Shown: positions 61,446 through 64,000 of the stretch, piece by piece | Layout: each line of letters opens with the position of its first letter | Position numbering within the stretch: the stretch's first letter is position 1 | Source: Balanoglossus misakiensis | Lineage: Eukaryota; Animalia; Hemichordata | Assembly (NCBI GenBank): GCA_040954595.2 | Contig: CM082584.2 | Coordinates: forward strand, 10,386,190-10,450,189 | DNA: 64,000 nucleotides | Reading direction: 5' to 3' | Translations under genes and position numbers: made by a program | The notes under the pieces: model-generated | What the model was told of the DNA's origin: nothing | Seen by the model: the letters and a program-made list of their open reading frames with translations, nothing else | The model's database searches: none

Positions 61446-63943
61446 ATGGCTCTGAAGAAAGTAAAAGGAAGCTTGGAGCGTGTTCTGGACAAGGATTTGC
61501 AAGATCTTGTACGTGGCATACGGAAGCACAAGGACAACGAGGTATGTTGCTATTTTATGGATATTGACATATACATTTTTTTCATAGATTTATATTAATG
61601 GAAGACTGGGTACCAGTCGATGCTTGTTAAATCATAAAATGGTCATAAATATATTCGATGCGCCAATTTTGACTGAAGTTACAGGAGGTGTGTTTCGTCA
61701 AGACACAGCTCACTTTCGCTCTCCGTGCATTTGCGTATAGGGGGGCACGTCCCCTTTTCAATATTTGATAGCTCCAACCATTTGCAAACTTTAAAGGCCA
61801 GATATGGTGACATACGATAAACATGCCAAAGTAAATAATGCTGAGTGCCTTTGCTTATCTCGACGCCTTGAAAATTGTGGTCGTGCGACATATATTCGTT
61901 TATAGCATTCCATTTCCATTCGCCATGGTTACTGACAGCGATTCAGTTTCATTACCGGTTTGATTTCGTATGTAAATTAATCTGTTTACTGATAACAGTT
62001 AATGTTTGTATTCTCATCCAGCCCAAGTACATTGCCCAATGCATTGATGAAATCAAGCAGGAACTGAAGCAAGATAACATTGCAGTGAAGGCCAATGCAG
62101 TTGCCAAGTTGACATATGTAAGTGATGGAAGCCTTGTCACATTTTAATTGAATTGAGATGATCAGGAGTGTGGCAGATCAGAAATGTAGCAGTTTGTCTC
62201 AAGTTATTTTGGTGCCTTTATGTCATCGTTTGTTTTATTTCTTTAGTTTCATTGTGTGAACAATATACTTTTAGTTCCCTTTTCCATATATTATACCATT
62301 TGACTGTGTCATACATCTACATATATAATGATTTACTGGGTAGATAACAGCCAGTCACCACAAAAGTGCCCCATTAAACTTCAACATGCAACTGCGACTC
62401 TAGAGAGCATCTTCTAGAAGCATTTGACCACCTGGTTTTGAAGATGGACTTAATCAGTGGTTTATGTGGGCTGAGAAGTTATGAGGCACACAAAGGGAGC
62501 TTTTGATTGAAGTGGGAGGGGGTCCGGGCATATTTGGGGTTGGGGTTACCAGTACATGTATATGGATTTTCATATGCAAAAGGGAGGTGAAAAAGCTGGG
62601 GCCTTGGGGTGTAGTGTTCTAGGGAATCCAACCTCTTAGTTTCAGTTTAGGGAGTAGTGGGATGAGGCCTTAGGGAATTTCAACCTAAAGGTACAGATGC
62701 ATGAATCATTTTGTATGCAGCACTGGTGTGTGATAGAATGACTATGTATACATAGCTATTGATGTCACTTAGATAATGCATATTGATTGATGTCTTTGTT
62801 CTGATCATTAACCTATTGTTCTACATACATGCCAGGATAGCAGTACTAAATGCTACTGCCCAGATAATTGTGAAAACATGCTTGCAAAGTAATTTCAGTA
62901 GGTCTTTTCTAACAGGAATTCACCAATGGAAAATGATGACTTATAACATCAGATTAGGTCACTAGCCCGTGAAATTGCAATTTGCATTCTCTTCATCATT
63001 TTAATACAAGACAGAGCATTCAGTCAGTTTTGTTTACTAAACAGCTATTCAATTTCTACCAGACATTCTTTTTTATCTTGCTTTGAGAGGAATGGATTTT
63101 CATATGTATCATATTTGTATTTTAATTATCCCCAGCCCCCCTCCCCCGCAAAGGGTAACTGGGGATAAAAGTCAAGTTATTGATTTTCATGTTCTTTGTT
63201 GCAGATGCAAATGTTAGGTTATGACATCAGCTGGGCTGCATTCAATGTTATCGAGGTGATGAGTTCACCTAAGTTTACCCATAAAAGGATTGGTTACTTA
63301 GCTGCATCACAGAGTTTTCATGAAGACACCGATGTCCTCATGTTAACAACCAACATGATACGTAAGGTAGGAACCTGTCTGAGTAAAAATATTTTTCATT
63401 CATACAGTGTAACACCATGAAGTACAATACAATTATACAATACAATACAATACAATACAATACAATACAATACAATACAATACAATACAATACAATACAA
63501 TACAATACAATACAATACAATACAATACAATACAATACAATGGATATTATAGTTTAACTGACATCCAAACAGCTCACATATACAGTTATATAAAGCAATA
63601 TTCAAAATATGGTCTCTGATTTTCCTGCAAATGACTTAATTAATTAATAATGGATTTATTTAATTAAAATTAATAATGAATTTACATTATAGCTTTGGCG
63701 TATTTGATATTTTCACTGTGATCATGTCTTCCTTGATGTCAAATTGTAATGGTGTTGGGATATGATTTTTTCTCTCTTTTCCTGCATTGCTATTGTGTCC
63801 CTGTACTCATGGCACGGCCATCTTTGCACGTACAGGATTTGAGTAGCCAGACTCAGTTTGAAGTCGGGGTAGCCCTCAATGGTTTATCCTGCTTTCTGAC
63901 TGCTGACCTGGCCCGTGACCTAGCCAATGATATCGTGGGTCTG
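61446..63943 (+). CDS. AP3D1: AP-3 complex subunit delta-1, exons 1-4 (continues beyond the window)
   Basis: Exons 61446-61541 (MALKKVKGSLERVLDKDLQDLVRGIRKHKDNE), 62022-62117 (PKYIAQCIDEIKQELKQDNIAVKANAVAKLTY), 63205-63366 (MQMLGYDISWAAFNVIEVMSSPKFTHKRIGYLAASQSF...MIRK) and 63836-63943 (DLSSQTQFEVGVALNGLSCF...DLARDLANDI); this is the recognisable delta-adaptin N-terminus, all junctions phase 0. Confidence 0.97.
63423..63541. repeat. (TACAA)n microsatellite in AP3D1 intron 3
   Basis: More than 20 tandem TACAA units. Confidence 0.97.
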
Positions 63944-64000
63944 GTAAGTCGCAAGGAGATGCGAAAATGCAACGTCCATGCCCTGGTGTTTGTAAGTTAT

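Overview
Eukaryotic (metazoan) genomic DNA with GT-AG introns; protein features suggest a non-vertebrate deuterostome (inference). All identifiable genes are on the + strand: two intronless ankyrin-repeat paralogues resembling ANKRD63/ANKRD34 (12658-13788, 29100-32012), two tandem, highly diverged vitellogenin-family genes (Vtg-A, 29 coding exons, 37274-49159; Vtg-B, 25 coding exons, 50100-60119; about 1,600 aa each by manual splicing), and the first four coding exons of AP3D1 (from 61446). Non-coding features include a 4.1 kb (CCAY)n/(GGGT)n array that produces all of the giant Pro/His/Thr and Gly/Trp ORFs, microsatellites, a minisatellite, a 117 bp duplication and probable transposon relics. 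Most notable: a 5 x 14 aa Trp/acidic repeat in Vtg-A packed with S-x-E motifs and flanked by dibasic sites (possible phosvitin analogue), a 12-nt micro-exon, apparent loss of the C-terminal domain in Vtg-B with a relic 3'UTR intron, a cluster of RFX X-boxes around the ankyrin genes, and a highly self-complementary segment in Vtg-A intron 2. No CRISPR array or prokaryotic system was seen. Exon models were built by eye and are not verified against transcripts.
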